Source: an uncultured delta proteobacterium
GTDB taxonomy: Bacteria > Myxococcota_A > UBA9160 > UBA4427
Assembly: GCA_963822965.1 (NCBI GenBank)
Contig: CAWGJT010000015.1
Location: 32,001 to 96,000 of the forward strand
Length of the DNA stretch: 64,000 nt
Direction of reading: 5' to 3'
Shown: positions 55,371 through 64,000 of the stretch, piece after piece
How the letters are laid out: every line of letters starts with the position of its first letter
Numbering within the stretch: position 1 is the stretch's first letter
Program-made: the position numbers and the translations under genes
Notes under the pieces: generated by a model
Told to the model about the DNA's origin: nothing
What the model saw: only the letters and a program-made list of their open reading frames with translations
The model's database searches: none

Positions 55371-56708
55371 ATGACGAACGCCAGGCGCGCAGACGACGAC
55401 GGCACCCGGCGCGGATCCCTGCCGCAGGTCGAGGCGAGCGCCCGCCTGCCCCTCGAGGCACCGGCCCTGCTGGAGCGCTACGTCCGGGTGCGGGCCGCCA
55501 CCGAAGAGCTGGCCGAGCCGCTCTCGCCCGAAGACCAGTGCCTGCAATCGTCCCCGTTCGCGAGCCCCACCAAGTGGCATCTCGCGCACACGAGCTGGTA
55601 CTTCGAGACCTTCGTGCTGGCCTCGCTCGACCCGGACTACACGCCCTTCCACCCGCGCTTCGGCTACCTCTTCAACTCCTACTATCACACCGTCGGCGCC
55701 ATGCACGCCCGGCCCGAGCGCGGGCTGCTGTCGCGCCCGAGCGTGGCGGAGGTGATGGCCTACCGGCGTCACGTCGACGACGCCGTCCAGCGCGAGCTGG
55801 CCGAGGGACGCCTGTCCCGGGAGATCCGGGGACTGCTCGAGCTGGGCATCCACCACGAGCAGCAGCACCAGGAGCTCATCCTCACGGACATCAAGCACGC
55901 CTTCTCGGGCAATCCGCTGCGCCCGGCGTATCGCGCGCCGCGTCCGCGTGCGAACCCGCCGCCGCTCTCGCCCCTGCGCTTCTTCGAGCACGAGGCGGGG
56001 CTCTTCGAGACCGGTCACGCGGGGGACGGCTTCGCGTTCGACAACGAGCGGCCGCGGCATCCCGTCTACCTCGAAGCCTTCGCGCTGGCGTCCCGGCCGG
56101 CCAGCTGCGGCGAGTACCGGGCCTTCATGGACGACGGCGGCTACGAGCGCCCCGAGCTCTGGCTCTCCGACGGCTGGGACACGGTGTGCCGGGAGGGCTG
56201 GCGGGCACCCGGCTACTGGGAACGCGAGCCGGAGGGGGGCGACTGGCAGCTCCTCACCCTGCACGGCCCGCGGCGCGTCTACGCGGACGAGCCCGTCACC
56301 CACGTGAGCTTCTACGAGGCGGACGCCTTCGCGCGCTGGTCGGACGCCCGCCTGCCCGGCGAGGCGGAGTGGGAGGTCGCGGCGCACGGCCAGCCCCTGC
56401 AGGGCAACTTCGTGGAGTCCGGCGTCCTGCATCCGCGGGCGAGCGAGGCGCGACCCGAGGCGGAGAGCCAGCTCTTCGGCGACGTCTGGGAGTGGACGGC
56501 CAGCCCCTACGTGGCCTATCCCGGCTATCGCGCCCCGAGCGGACCCGTCGGCGAGTACAACGGGAAGTTCATGTGCAACCAGCTCGTCCTGCGCGGGGGC
56601 TCGTGCGTGACGCCTCGCTCCCACGTGCGGGCGAGCTACCGCAACTTCTTCCAGCCGGAAACGCGCTGGCAGTTCTCGGGCATCCGTCTGGCAAGAGATC
56701 TCGCCTGA
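55371..56708 (+). CDS. egtB: Ergothioneine biosynthesis sulfoxide synthase
   Basis: SPTKWHLAHTSWYFE, FNSYY, HHEQQHQEL, FAFDNE, GEYNGKFM, VLRGGSC, YRNFF. Confidence 0.92.
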   Translation: MTNARRADDDGTRRGSLPQVEASARLPLEAPALLERYVRVRAATEELAEPLSPEDQCLQSSPFASPTKWHLAHTSWYFETFVLASLDPDYTPFHPRFGYLFNSYYHTVGAMHARPERGLLSRPSVAEVMAYRRHVDDAVQRELAEGRLSREIRGLLELGIHHEQQHQELILTDIKHAFSGNPLRPAYRAPRPRANPPPLSPLRFFEHEAGLFETGHAGDGFAFDNERPRHPVYLEAFALASRPASCGEYRAFMDDGGYERPELWLSDGWDTVCREGWRAPGYWEREPEGGDWQLLTLHGPRRVYADEPVTHVSFYEADAFARWSDARLPGEAEWEVAAHGQPLQGNFVESGVLHPRASEARPEAESQLFGDVWEWTASPYVAYPGYRAPSGPVGEYNGKFMCNQLVLRGGSCVTPRSHVRASYRNFFQPETRWQFSGIRLARDLA

Positions 56709-56857
56709 TCCGATCGCGGCCGATTTCGTCACCATCCGCCCGCCCGGGCGAACTCCCAGGAGCCACGACCGCGCCCGGCAGCCCTCCGGGACGGGCGTGG
56801 TAGACTGCTGCCCCTCTCGGGAGACCGGAAGCCCCGTCGACCGAGCAAGCGACCGCG

Positions 56858-57475
56858 ATGCCCGCCGAAAACGACCCGACGAACTCCGACGAGAGCGAAG
56901 CCGACCCGCGTCCCGCAACGCCGGGGCCGCCCCGGCCCGGTCTGCTCGCCCGCGCGCACGCCGCCTTCCGGAACCCCGCGAACCGCTTCGTGGTGCTCTT
57001 CCTCGTCTTCCTCGCGGCCCTCGCCTTCTTCTATCCGAAGGTGAGCCTGCGCTACTCGGACGCCGTCGATTGGATGACCCGGGCGACGGCCACTCTCAGC
57101 GCCGCCGTCTTCGAGCCCTTCTCCGACAAGGTGCAGCAGAAGGGCAAGATGGTGATCTTCGGCGGCTTCGCGGTGGAGATCATCGAGGAGTGCACGGGCC
57201 TCTACGAGATGCTGATCTACGCCGCCGCGGTGCTGGCGTTCCCCACGAGCCTCGTGAAGAAGGCGATCGGCATCGGCATGGGCGCCCCGCTGCTCTACGC
57301 GACGAACGTCGCCCGCATCGCCTTCCTGCTGTGGGTCGGTCGCTTCCACCCCGCGATCTTCGACTTCATGCACCTCTACTTCTGGCAGGCCACGTTGATC
57401 CTGATGATCACGTCGGTCTGGTTGCTCTGGATCTTCAAGGTGGTGAGAGATGAGGGTCCTGCTCACCCTGCTTAA
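56858..57475 (+). CDS. xrtH: Exosortase H-like transpeptidase
   Basis: Cys-Arg-His triad in VEIIEECTG, NVARI and FDFMHLYFWQ; AAVLAFP. Confidence 0.75.
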   Translation: MPAENDPTNSDESEADPRPATPGPPRPGLLARAHAAFRNPANRFVVLFLVFLAALAFFYPKVSLRYSDAVDWMTRATATLSAAVFEPFSDKVQQKGKMVIFGGFAVEIIEECTGLYEMLIYAAAVLAFPTSLVKKAIGIGMGAPLLYATNVARIAFLLWVGRFHPAIFDFMHLYFWQATLILMITSVWLLWIFKVVRDEGPAHPA

Positions 57476-57938
57476 GATCGTGGCGGTCAGCGCGCCGCTC
57501 ACCTGGCTCTGGATCACCTGGGGAAAGGAGGCGTACGGGGCGCTCTTCCTGCACCTCTCCATGCCGATCTACGGCCTGCTGGGGCTCACCGAGGTGGTCC
57601 CGGAAGGCGCCCGCGACCGCTTCATCAACTATCTGCCCTTCCTGATCCTGATGATCGTGACCCCGCGGCTCTCCCTGCGGCGGAGGGTGGTGGGCACCGC
57701 GATCGGCTTCGTCGTGATCTTCGCCGTCCACGTCGTGTTCGTATACGTGGCCAGCACCGCCCACCAGGCCGACGGCGCGGCCATGACCCGCCAGGGCTTC
57801 GTCCGGATCGTTCCCGCGAACGCTCTCTGCGACAGCGTCCCGTTCGTGCTCTGGGTGATCTTCGCCAAGGACTTCGTGTGGCAGTCCGTGGCCCGGGTCT
57901 TCGGCCCCGACACCCCCGGGCCCGCGGCCCCCGCGTAG
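57450..57938 (+). CDS. Exosortase-associated membrane protein
   Basis: About 4 TM helices; overlaps the exosortase gene; NYLPFLILMIVTP, PFVLWV. Confidence 0.7.
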   Translation: MRVLLTLLKIVAVSAPLTWLWITWGKEAYGALFLHLSMPIYGLLGLTEVVPEGARDRFINYLPFLILMIVTPRLSLRRRVVGTAIGFVVIFAVHVVFVYVASTAHQADGAAMTRQGFVRIVPANALCDSVPFVLWVIFAKDFVWQSVARVFGPDTPGPAAPA

Positions 57939-58024
57939 AAGAATTCTCGCCGGGCGCGCTTTTTTCTGACACCCCGGCCCCCGCGAAGCCACTCCCCGAA
58001 CAGAAACATCCCCTTCCCAGGGAA

Positions 58025-58061
58025 GCCCGGAGCGCCAGTCGGCGCTCCGGGCGTTTTGTTT
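58025..58061 (+). terminator. Rho-independent terminator
   Basis: Perfect 12-bp stem GCCCGGAGCGCC-agtc-GGCGCTCCGGGC followed by GTTTTGTTT. Confidence 0.8.
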
Positions 58062-58134
58062 CTGGGGCTCGGGCCGCTTTCCGGGGCTCGGGCCGCTTTC
58101 TGGGGCTCGGGCCGTCTTCTGGGGCTCGGGGTGG
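58059..58134 (+). repeat. 19-bp tandem repeat TTTCTGGGGCTCGGGCCGC x4
   Basis: Copies start at 58059, 58078, 58097 and 58116. Confidence 0.9.
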
Positions 58135-58308
58135 GTCTCGGGGCGAGATCCCCGGGGCCCCGGCGCCGACGGACCGGCAGGGCGCTGTCATCGAGTGGGG
58201 GCCTGACACATCAGCGTTCGGCGAACCACGTATTCCCGAACTGCGGTTGCTGGCGCCCGGGACGCGGATCCCGGATCGAGCGACTGCCCGGCAAGGACCG
58301 AGCCCCCG

Positions 58309-59133
58309 ATGCGAACCCGACTGCGAACGCTGCTGCTCCGGCTCTCCTGCTCGTACGGCGTGCTGGCCGCATCGCTGCTGGCCGCGAGCGCCGCGCAGGC
58401 TTCGCCGGCCCTGCCCGTCTCCGACGTGGCCGGCGGCCCCGCGCTCTACGAAGTCTTCAACGCCCTCTCCGGCAACAGCCTGGCCAACAGCGCCGACCTC
58501 GCCGCCTGGGCGGGCCCGGACGACAGCGGCGCCTGGGACGGCGAGCTGTGGCACGGCGGCATGGGCTCGGTGGCGATCGCCATCAGCACGAGTGCCGGCA
58601 ACTCGAACTACTTCGGCCTCTACCGCGACACCGAGACCGGCGACGGCAAGCTGACCCTCTACGGCTCGGTGTCGGGCAACGAGATGCTCGGGCCGGTCTT
58701 CGACGCGGAGTACCTGTTCCACGACGAGGCTTCGGTGCAGGACGTCGGCTTCTGGCTCTCCAGCACCGGGCGCCGCGGCCAGAACACCTTCCACGGTCGC
58801 TCGGAGCTCGACCACGGCTCGAGCTTCGACCGCGCTGCCTCCCGCTCCCGCCACCACCGTCCATCGTTCCACTTCGGCCACCTCGCCTCCTTCCACTTCG
58901 GCCAGACCGTCAGCGTCCACACGGACGAGGGCGACCTGGAGCTCCGGAACGCCCACCTGCTCGCCTGGGAGGACTGGACGGACGCCGACTACGACGATCT
59001 GATCTTCCTCGTGGGCGAGGCCGGGGCGGACCCGGTCCCGATTCCGGAGCCCGGCACGGGGCTCCTGCTGGTTGCCGGAGTCGTGGCCTGCCTGGCACCC
59101 CGGCGCGGCTCGCGGTCGGCCCAGCGCGCCTGA
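58309..59133 (+). CDS. PEP-CTERM protein with DUF4114-like motif
   Basis: Signal peptide; LLAWEDWTDADYDDLIFLV; PIPEPGTGLLLVAGVVACLAPRR. Confidence 0.85.
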   Translation: MRTRLRTLLLRLSCSYGVLAASLLAASAAQASPALPVSDVAGGPALYEVFNALSGNSLANSADLAAWAGPDDSGAWDGELWHGGMGSVAIAISTSAGNSNYFGLYRDTETGDGKLTLYGSVSGNEMLGPVFDAEYLFHDEASVQDVGFWLSSTGRRGQNTFHGRSELDHGSSFDRAASRSRHHRPSFHFGHLASFHFGQTVSVHTDEGDLELRNAHLLAWEDWTDADYDDLIFLVGEAGADPVPIPEPGTGLLLVAGVVACLAPRRGSRSAQRA

Positions 59134-59192
59134 ATTCCATCCGCGGGGCCCCGGGCGCGCTGCTACGATCGAGCGCTCCACCGGAGGTCTCC

Positions 59193-59495
59193 ATGCCCAA
59201 CGCGTCCCTCACGCTCCTCTTCAAGCTGCTGGTGCTCGTCACCTGGTTCCTCGGCGCGGCGGGCTTCCTGTTCCCGCCGGACACGAGCTTCGGCAGCGCG
59301 GGACGCACCCTCTTCTTCGTGCTGGCCACCGTGCATCTCGTCGAGTGCGGATTCTTCTTCCGCACCCTGCAGCGCACCGGGCGCCCCCTGGGCATGGAGC
59401 TGCTGAACACGCTCCTCTTCGGCGTGGTGCACTTCGCCGAGGCCCGGGTGCTCGCCGAGGCGAACGACCGCGCCGACACGGCCCGCAACGGCTGA
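59193..59495 (+). CDS. Small membrane protein, DUF1145-like
   Basis: SD GGAGG; three hydrophobic segments; VHLVEC, LLFGVVH. Confidence 0.7.
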   Translation: MPNASLTLLFKLLVLVTWFLGAAGFLFPPDTSFGSAGRTLFFVLATVHLVECGFFFRTLQRTGRPLGMELLNTLLFGVVHFAEARVLAEANDRADTARNG

Positions 59496-59704
59496 TCCGA
59501 GGCGACGAGCTGCGCCAGCCCGGATCATTCATGAAGCTCGTCGCGAGGGCAGCACAGCGCTCCTGACGGATCCGGGCTAGGGTAGGAGCTCCCCGGCGGT
59601 CCCCCCCATCCCGCGCGGCGTCCTGGCCGAGCGGGCGGACACACGAGGCGAGTCCGGTGGCGCGCTCCCACGCGCTCGCCCGCTCGCACGGGATCGCAGC
59701 TGGC

Positions 59705-62700
59705 ATGACCATCGCCGTCCTGGCGGAGAAGCCCTCGGTGGCACGCGACATCGCGCGCGTGCTGGGTGCACGCACCCGCGGCGACGGCGTCCTCACCGGC
59801 AACGGCTATGCGGTGACCTGGGCCGTGGGACATCTCGTCGCCCTCGCCGAGCCGCACCAGATCCGTCCGGAGTGGAAGCGCTGGCGGAAGAGCGCGCTGC
59901 CGATGATTCCCGAGGTCTGGCCCCTCGAGGTGGTGGCCCGAACGCGCGACCGCTTCCAGACCGTGAAGCGCCTGCTGCGGGACCCGGACGTCCGCGAGAT
60001 CGTCTGCGCGACGGATGCCGGGCGCGAAGGAGAGCTCATCTTCCGGTACATCTACGAGGCCGCCGGCGTCGACAAGCCCGTGAAGCGCCTGTGGGTGTCG
60101 TCGCTCACCGAGGAGGCCATCCGCCGGGGCTTCGCGAGCCTGCGCGACGCCCGGGAGTACGACGGTCTGGCCGACGCGGCCCGCGGCCGCTCCCGCGCGG
60201 ACTGGCTCGTCGGCATGAATCTCTCCCGGGCCTACACCCTGACCGGCGACGAGACCTTCTCGGTCGGCCGCGTCCAGACGCCCACCCTGGCCATGCTGGT
60301 GGAGCGCGAGAAGGCGATCCGCGACTTCGTGCCCGAGGACTACCGGGAGGTGGTGGCGCGCTTCGCCCTCGAGACCGCGCCCGGCGCCGGCGGAGCCGAC
60401 GGACCGCCGCAGTACGAGGGCGTGTACTTCCGCCGGTCCGGAGCCGGAGGGGCCGCGCGAGCCGGAGCGGGCGACGCCCGGCCGGAGGACGCCGCGGAGG
60501 CGGAGGCGCTCGCGCGGCGGCTGCCGGCCGAAGGCGACGAGGCGGAGCGCATCGCGGCGCGGGCGCGCACGGGCCGGGCCCGGGTCGAGTCCGTCGACGC
60601 GCGTCAGCGCCGCATGTCGCCGCCCGCGCTCTACGATCTCACGGAGCTGCAGCGCCACGCGAACCGCCTCTTCGGATACTCGGCCCAGCACACCCTGGAC
60701 GTCGCGCAGTCGCTCTACGAATCGAAGAAGCTGCTGAGCTACCCGCGGACGGACAGCCGTCACCTCTCGGGCACGGTGGCGGCGGACCTCGGCGCCATCG
60801 TGCGCGCCATCCAGGAGCCGTACGCGGGGCACCTCGCTCCCGGAACCGGCGAGCGGCCCCTGGGCCCGCGCTTCGTGGACGACGCCCGGGTGACCGACCA
60901 CCACGCGATCATCCCGACACCGAAGCGTCCGGACGGCGTGTCCCTCACGCGCGACGAGGCCCGCATCTACGATCTCGTCTGCCGCCGGCTGCTGGCCGCC
61001 TGGCACCCGGATCACGTCTGGTCGACGACTACGGTCGTCACGGCCGTCGTCAGCGAGGTCGTCACGGCCGTCGTCAGCGAGGTCGTCACGGCCGTCGTCA
61101 GCGAGGTCGTCACGGCCGTCGTCAGCGAGGTCGTCGAGTCGGGCGTCGCAGACGCGGCCGCACCGGAGCGAGAGAGCAGCGCGCCCCGCGAGATCGTCGA
61201 TCGCTACCGGAGCCTGGGAACGACCGTCGACCGCGAAGGCTGGAAGGTGCTCGACCCCAAGCCCGCGTCCGCGCGCCCGGACGCCCGCGGCGAAGCGGGC
61301 GACCGCGAGCCCCGGCTTCCGTCGGGGCTCGCTGCGGGTCGGGCCGTCTCGGTGGTGGACGCGCGTGTGGTCGATCGCAAGACGCGTCCGCCGCGACGCT
61401 TCACGGACAGCACGCTCCTCACCGGCATGGAGACGGCCGGCCGCACCCTGGACGACAAGCAGCTCTCCGACGCCATGCGCGCCACCGGCCTCGGCACCCC
61501 GGCCACCCGGGCCGCCACCATCGAGACCCTCATCGCGCGCGGCTACGCGACCCGCAGCAAGAAGACCCTGGTGGCCACCCACAAGGGCATCGCACTGATC
61601 GACCGGGTGCACCCGGACGTGCGCAGCCCACGCATGACCGGCGAGTGGGAGGCGCGCCTCCAGGCGATCCGCAGCGGGCAGGGCCGCCTGGACGACTTCA
61701 TGCGCGGCATCGAGCGATACGTGAAGGACGTCGTACAACGCGTCGTCGGACAAGAGGAATCACCCATGACCGAGAAGCCCGAACCGGAACGCCCCCGGCG
61801 CCCGCAACCGCCGGCCCGAAAGGGCCCTGCGATGCACCTTGCGCCCGAGCCGGGGCCGCCGCCGGGCCCGGACGAAGAGCCCTGCTTCGACCCGGGAGGC
61901 CTGGTCGAGGGAGCTCCCGGCGAGGAGCCGTCCTGGGTGACCGAGCCCGGACCGCCCGACGGCGGTTGGGAGCGGATCGAGCCGGCGCGCGGTGAGCGAC
62001 CCGCCGGCGGACCGCAGCAGCTCTCCCTGACCGGGCCGACGGCGCGCACCGCCGCGGACGAGCCCGCGCGGCAGCGCGTGCGCCCGCCGCCCCGACCCGT
62101 GCCGGCGAGCGAGCTCGACACCCTGCTGCACGGCCGCTTCGGCTTCCGGGAGTTTCGCCCGCACCAGCGCGCGGTGTGCACGGCGGTCACCGAGGGGCAC
62201 GACGCCCTGCTCGTGATGCCCACGGGCGCGGGCAAGTCGCTCTGCTACCAGCTGCCGGGCATCGCCCGGGCGGGCACCACCGTGGTGGTGAGCCCGCTCA
62301 TCGCGCTGATGGAAGACCAGGTGGTGAAGCTGCAGGAGCTGGGCTTCGCGGCCGAGCGCATCCATTCGGGGCGCAAGCGCACGGAGTCGCGCCGGGTGAC
62401 GAGCGACTACCTGGCCGGCCAGCTCGACTTCCTGTTCATCGCGCCCGAGCGCCTGGGCGTGCAGGGCTTTCCGGAGCTGCTGGCCCGACGGCGTCCGGGC
62501 CTGGTGGCGATCGACGAGGCGCACTGCATCTCCCAATGGGGCCACGACTTCCGCCCGGACTACCGCATGCTGGGCGAGCGGCTGCCGCTGCTGCGGCCGA
62601 CGCCCATCATCGCCCTCACCGCCACCGCGACGCCTCTCGTGCAGCGCGACATCGTGAAGCAGCTCGGCATTCCCGACGCCGAGCTGCACATCCACGGCTT

Positions 62701-64000
62701 CCGGCGCGACAACATCTTCATCGAGCTGGTGGAGCTGCGCCCCGGGGCGCGCAACGACGCGACCGTCGAGCTGCTCGCGAAGTCCGAGCACCGCCCGGCC
62801 ATCGTCTACGCCCCGACGCGCAAGAAGGCCGAGGACCTCGCCCGCGCACTGGCGGTCCACATGCCCGCCGCCGTCTACCATGCGGGCATCGCGGCGGCAA
62901 AGCGCGACCGCGTGCAGGCGCGCTTCCTCGCCGGCGAGGTCGACGTGATCGTCGCCACCATCGCCTTCGGCATGGGAATCGACAAGGCGGACGTCCGCAC
63001 CGTGGTGCACACGGCGTTGCCCGCCAGCGTCGAGGGCTACTACCAGGAGATCGGCCGGGCCGGACGCGACGGCAAGCCCTCGCGCGCGGTGCTGTATCAC
63101 AGCTACGCGGACCGGCGCACCCACGAGTGGTTCCTCGACCGGGACTACCCCGACCCGGGCGTCCTGCGCACGGTGCAGCGCGCCCTGGGCACGACGCCCG
63201 TGCCCCGAGCGGAGCTTCACCAGGGACTGCGCATGGATCCCGAGATCGTCGACAAGGCCCTGGAGAAGCTGTGGATCCACGGCGGGGCGCTGGTGGACGG
63301 GGACGACCGGGTGGCCCGCGGCACCGACGCGTGGGAGGCACCCTATCGCGCCCAGCGGGAGCACAAGCGGGCACAGCTGGACGAGGTGTCGCGCTTCGCG
63401 GAGAACCGCGGCTGCCACATGCTGCAGCTCGTGCGGCACTTCGGCGACCAGGCGGACTCGGGCAAGCCCTGCGGGCACTGCGCGAGCTGTCGGCCGGGAG
63501 ACGCCGTGGCCCTGGACGAGCGCCCCGCCGACGCCGACGAGCAGCGCATCATGTGCCAGATCCTCGACGCCCTGCGCGAGCGCGACGGCCAGAGCAAGGG
63601 CCGGCTGCACCGGCTGCTCTTCGGAGACGGGCTCGAGCGGAAGCGCTTCGAGGTGCTGCTCGGAAGCCTGGTGCGCGGCCAGCTCGTCCACGAGCAGGCC
63701 GACTCCTTCGAGAGCGAGGGCGAGACCATCCACTTCCGGCGCCTCCATCTCACCCAGGACGGCCGGCGGGCGCGGGCGGCGGACGTGGCGACCCTGCACG
63801 TCCCGCGCGGCGGCGCACCGGCGAAGAAGCGATCCGGTGCGCGCGGCCGAGGCAGCCGTCCTGCCACCGGACGCAGCCGGGCGATCGCCGCGCTGGAGGC
63901 GGCCGAGGCGCCGAAGGCGCTGGTCGAGGAGCTGAAGCGCTGGCGCAGCCGCGAGGCGAAGCGACGCCGGGTGCCCGCCTTCCGCATCCTGACCGACCGC
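59705..64000 (+). CDS. topB-recQ: DNA topoisomerase III-RecQ helicase fusion (3' end outside window)
   Basis: One frame carries AEKPSVARDIA, ATDAGREGE, GRVQTPTL, SYPRTDS (Tyr at 60740), GLGTPATR, then MPTGAGKSLCYQLP (62216), DEAHCISQWGHDFRPDY (62513), ATIAFGMGIDK, YYQEIGRAGRDG, CGHCASC and HRDC-like LKRWRSREAKRRRVPAFRILTDR. Absent from the ORF track because no stop is reached. Confidence 0.92.
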   Translation, partial: MTIAVLAEKPSVARDIARVLGARTRGDGVLTGNGYAVTWAVGHLVALAEPHQIRPEWKRWRKSALPMIPEVWPLEVVARTRDRFQTVKRLLRDPDVREIVCATDAGREGELIFRYIYEAAGVDKPVKRLWVSSLTEEAIRRGFASLRDAREYDGLADAARGRSRADWLVGMNLSRAYTLTGDETFSVGRVQTPTLAMLVEREKAIRDFVPEDYREVVARFALETAPGAGGADGPPQYEGVYFRRSGAGGAARAGAGDARPEDAAEAEALARRLPAEGDEAERIAARARTGRARVESVDARQRRMSPPALYDLTELQRHANRLFGYSAQHTLDVAQSLYESKKLLSYPRTDSRHLSGTVAADLGAIVRAIQEPYAGHLAPGTGERPLGPRFVDDARVTDHHAIIPTPKRPDGVSLTRDEARIYDLVCRRLLAAWHPDHVWSTTTVVTAVVSEVVTAVVSEVVTAVVSEVVTAVVSEVVESGVADAAAPERESSAPREIVDRYRSLGTTVDREGWKVLDPKPASARPDARGEAGDREPRLPSGLAAGRAVSVVDARVVDRKTRPPRRFTDSTLLTGMETAGRTLDDKQLSDAMRATGLGTPATRAATIETLIARGYATRSKKTLVATHKGIALIDRVHPDVRSPRMTGEWEARLQAIRSGQGRLDDFMRGIERYVKDVVQRVVGQEESPMTEKPEPERPRRPQPPARKGPAMHLAPEPGPPPGPDEEPCFDPGGLVEGAPGEEPSWVTEPGPPDGGWERIEPARGERPAGGPQQLSLTGPTARTAADEPARQRVRPPPRPVPASELDTLLHGRFGFREFRPHQRAVCTAVTEGHDALLVMPTGAGKSLCYQLPGIARAGTTVVVSPLIALMEDQVVKLQELGFAAERIHSGRKRTESRRVTSDYLAGQLDFLFIAPERLGVQGFPELLARRRPGLVAIDEAHCISQWGHDFRPDYRMLGERLPLLRPTPIIALTATATPLVQRDIVKQLGIPDAELHIHGFRRDNIFIELVELRPGARNDATVELLAKSEHRPAIVYAPTRKKAEDLARALAVHMPAAVYHAGIAAAKRDRVQARFLAGEVDVIVATIAFGMGIDKADVRTVVHTALPASVEGYYQEIGRAGRDGKPSRAVLYHSYADRRTHEWFLDRDYPDPGVLRTVQRALGTTPVPRAELHQGLRMDPEIVDKALEKLWIHGGALVDGDDRVARGTDAWEAPYRAQREHKRAQLDEVSRFAENRGCHMLQLVRHFGDQADSGKPCGHCASCRPGDAVALDERPADADEQRIMCQILDALRERDGQSKGRLHRLLFGDGLERKRFEVLLGSLVRGQLVHEQADSFESEGETIHFRRLHLTQDGRRARAADVATLHVPRGGAPAKKRSGARGRGSRPATGRSRAIAALEAAEAPKALVEELKRWRSREAKRRRVPAFRILTDR
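61034..61135 (+). repeat. 24-bp coding tandem repeat GTCGTCACGGCCGTCGTCAGCGAG x4 (VVTAVVSE)
   Basis: Four perfect copies plus a partial one, inside the topoisomerase domain. Confidence 0.95.

Noticed and set aside
55371..56708. Selenoneine synthase SenA or formylglycine-generating enzyme for the adjacent sulfatase
   Set aside because: No senB/selD neighbours, the motifs fit EgtB, and the adjacent sulfatase-like protein has Thr and would not need FGE.
58176..58288. Assignment to c-di-GMP, c-di-AMP, ZTP or lysine riboswitch
   Set aside because: Their conserved core sequences are not present; kept only as an unassigned candidate.
24771..61135. Repeat arrays as possible CRISPR loci
   Set aside because: Units are contiguous with no unique spacers, and there are no cas genes in the window.
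59705..64000. Reverse gyrase
   Set aside because: Domain order is topoisomerase then helicase, and the helicase has RecQ-specific motifs plus HRDC.

Overview
A very GC-rich bacterial chromosomal segment with about 44 protein-coding genes. Its gene content suggests a Myxococcota/deltaproteobacterial-type genome (inference). I found no rRNA, tRNA, CRISPR array or intact mobile element. The main points are: (1) a translationally coupled tetR / SAM-methyltransferase / fused HgcAB-like (corrinoid domain + membrane anchor + ferredoxin) operon preceded by a 42-bp palindrome; (2) a single open frame fusing DNA topoisomerase III to a RecQ helicase, with an internal SD+ATG in the linker, running off the window end; (3) an ExbB/TolQ gene, a TonB/TolA-like gene and a giant secreted protein of about 40 DxNxDG repeats; (4) an lnt / secreted protein / membrane nucleotide cyclase / PPC-domain protein operon whose cyclase has non-adenylate specificity residues; (5) about 14 unrelated short tandem-repeat arrays, which are multiples of 3 inside genes and mostly not between genes, and often abut SD sites or sit in signal peptides. 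Recognisable regulatory sites include a sigma-54 promoter, Pho-box-like repeats, operators and several leaderless-type promoters. Six genes carry single-base frameshifts that are probably assembly errors. All calls come from motif recognition by eye; no searches were run.
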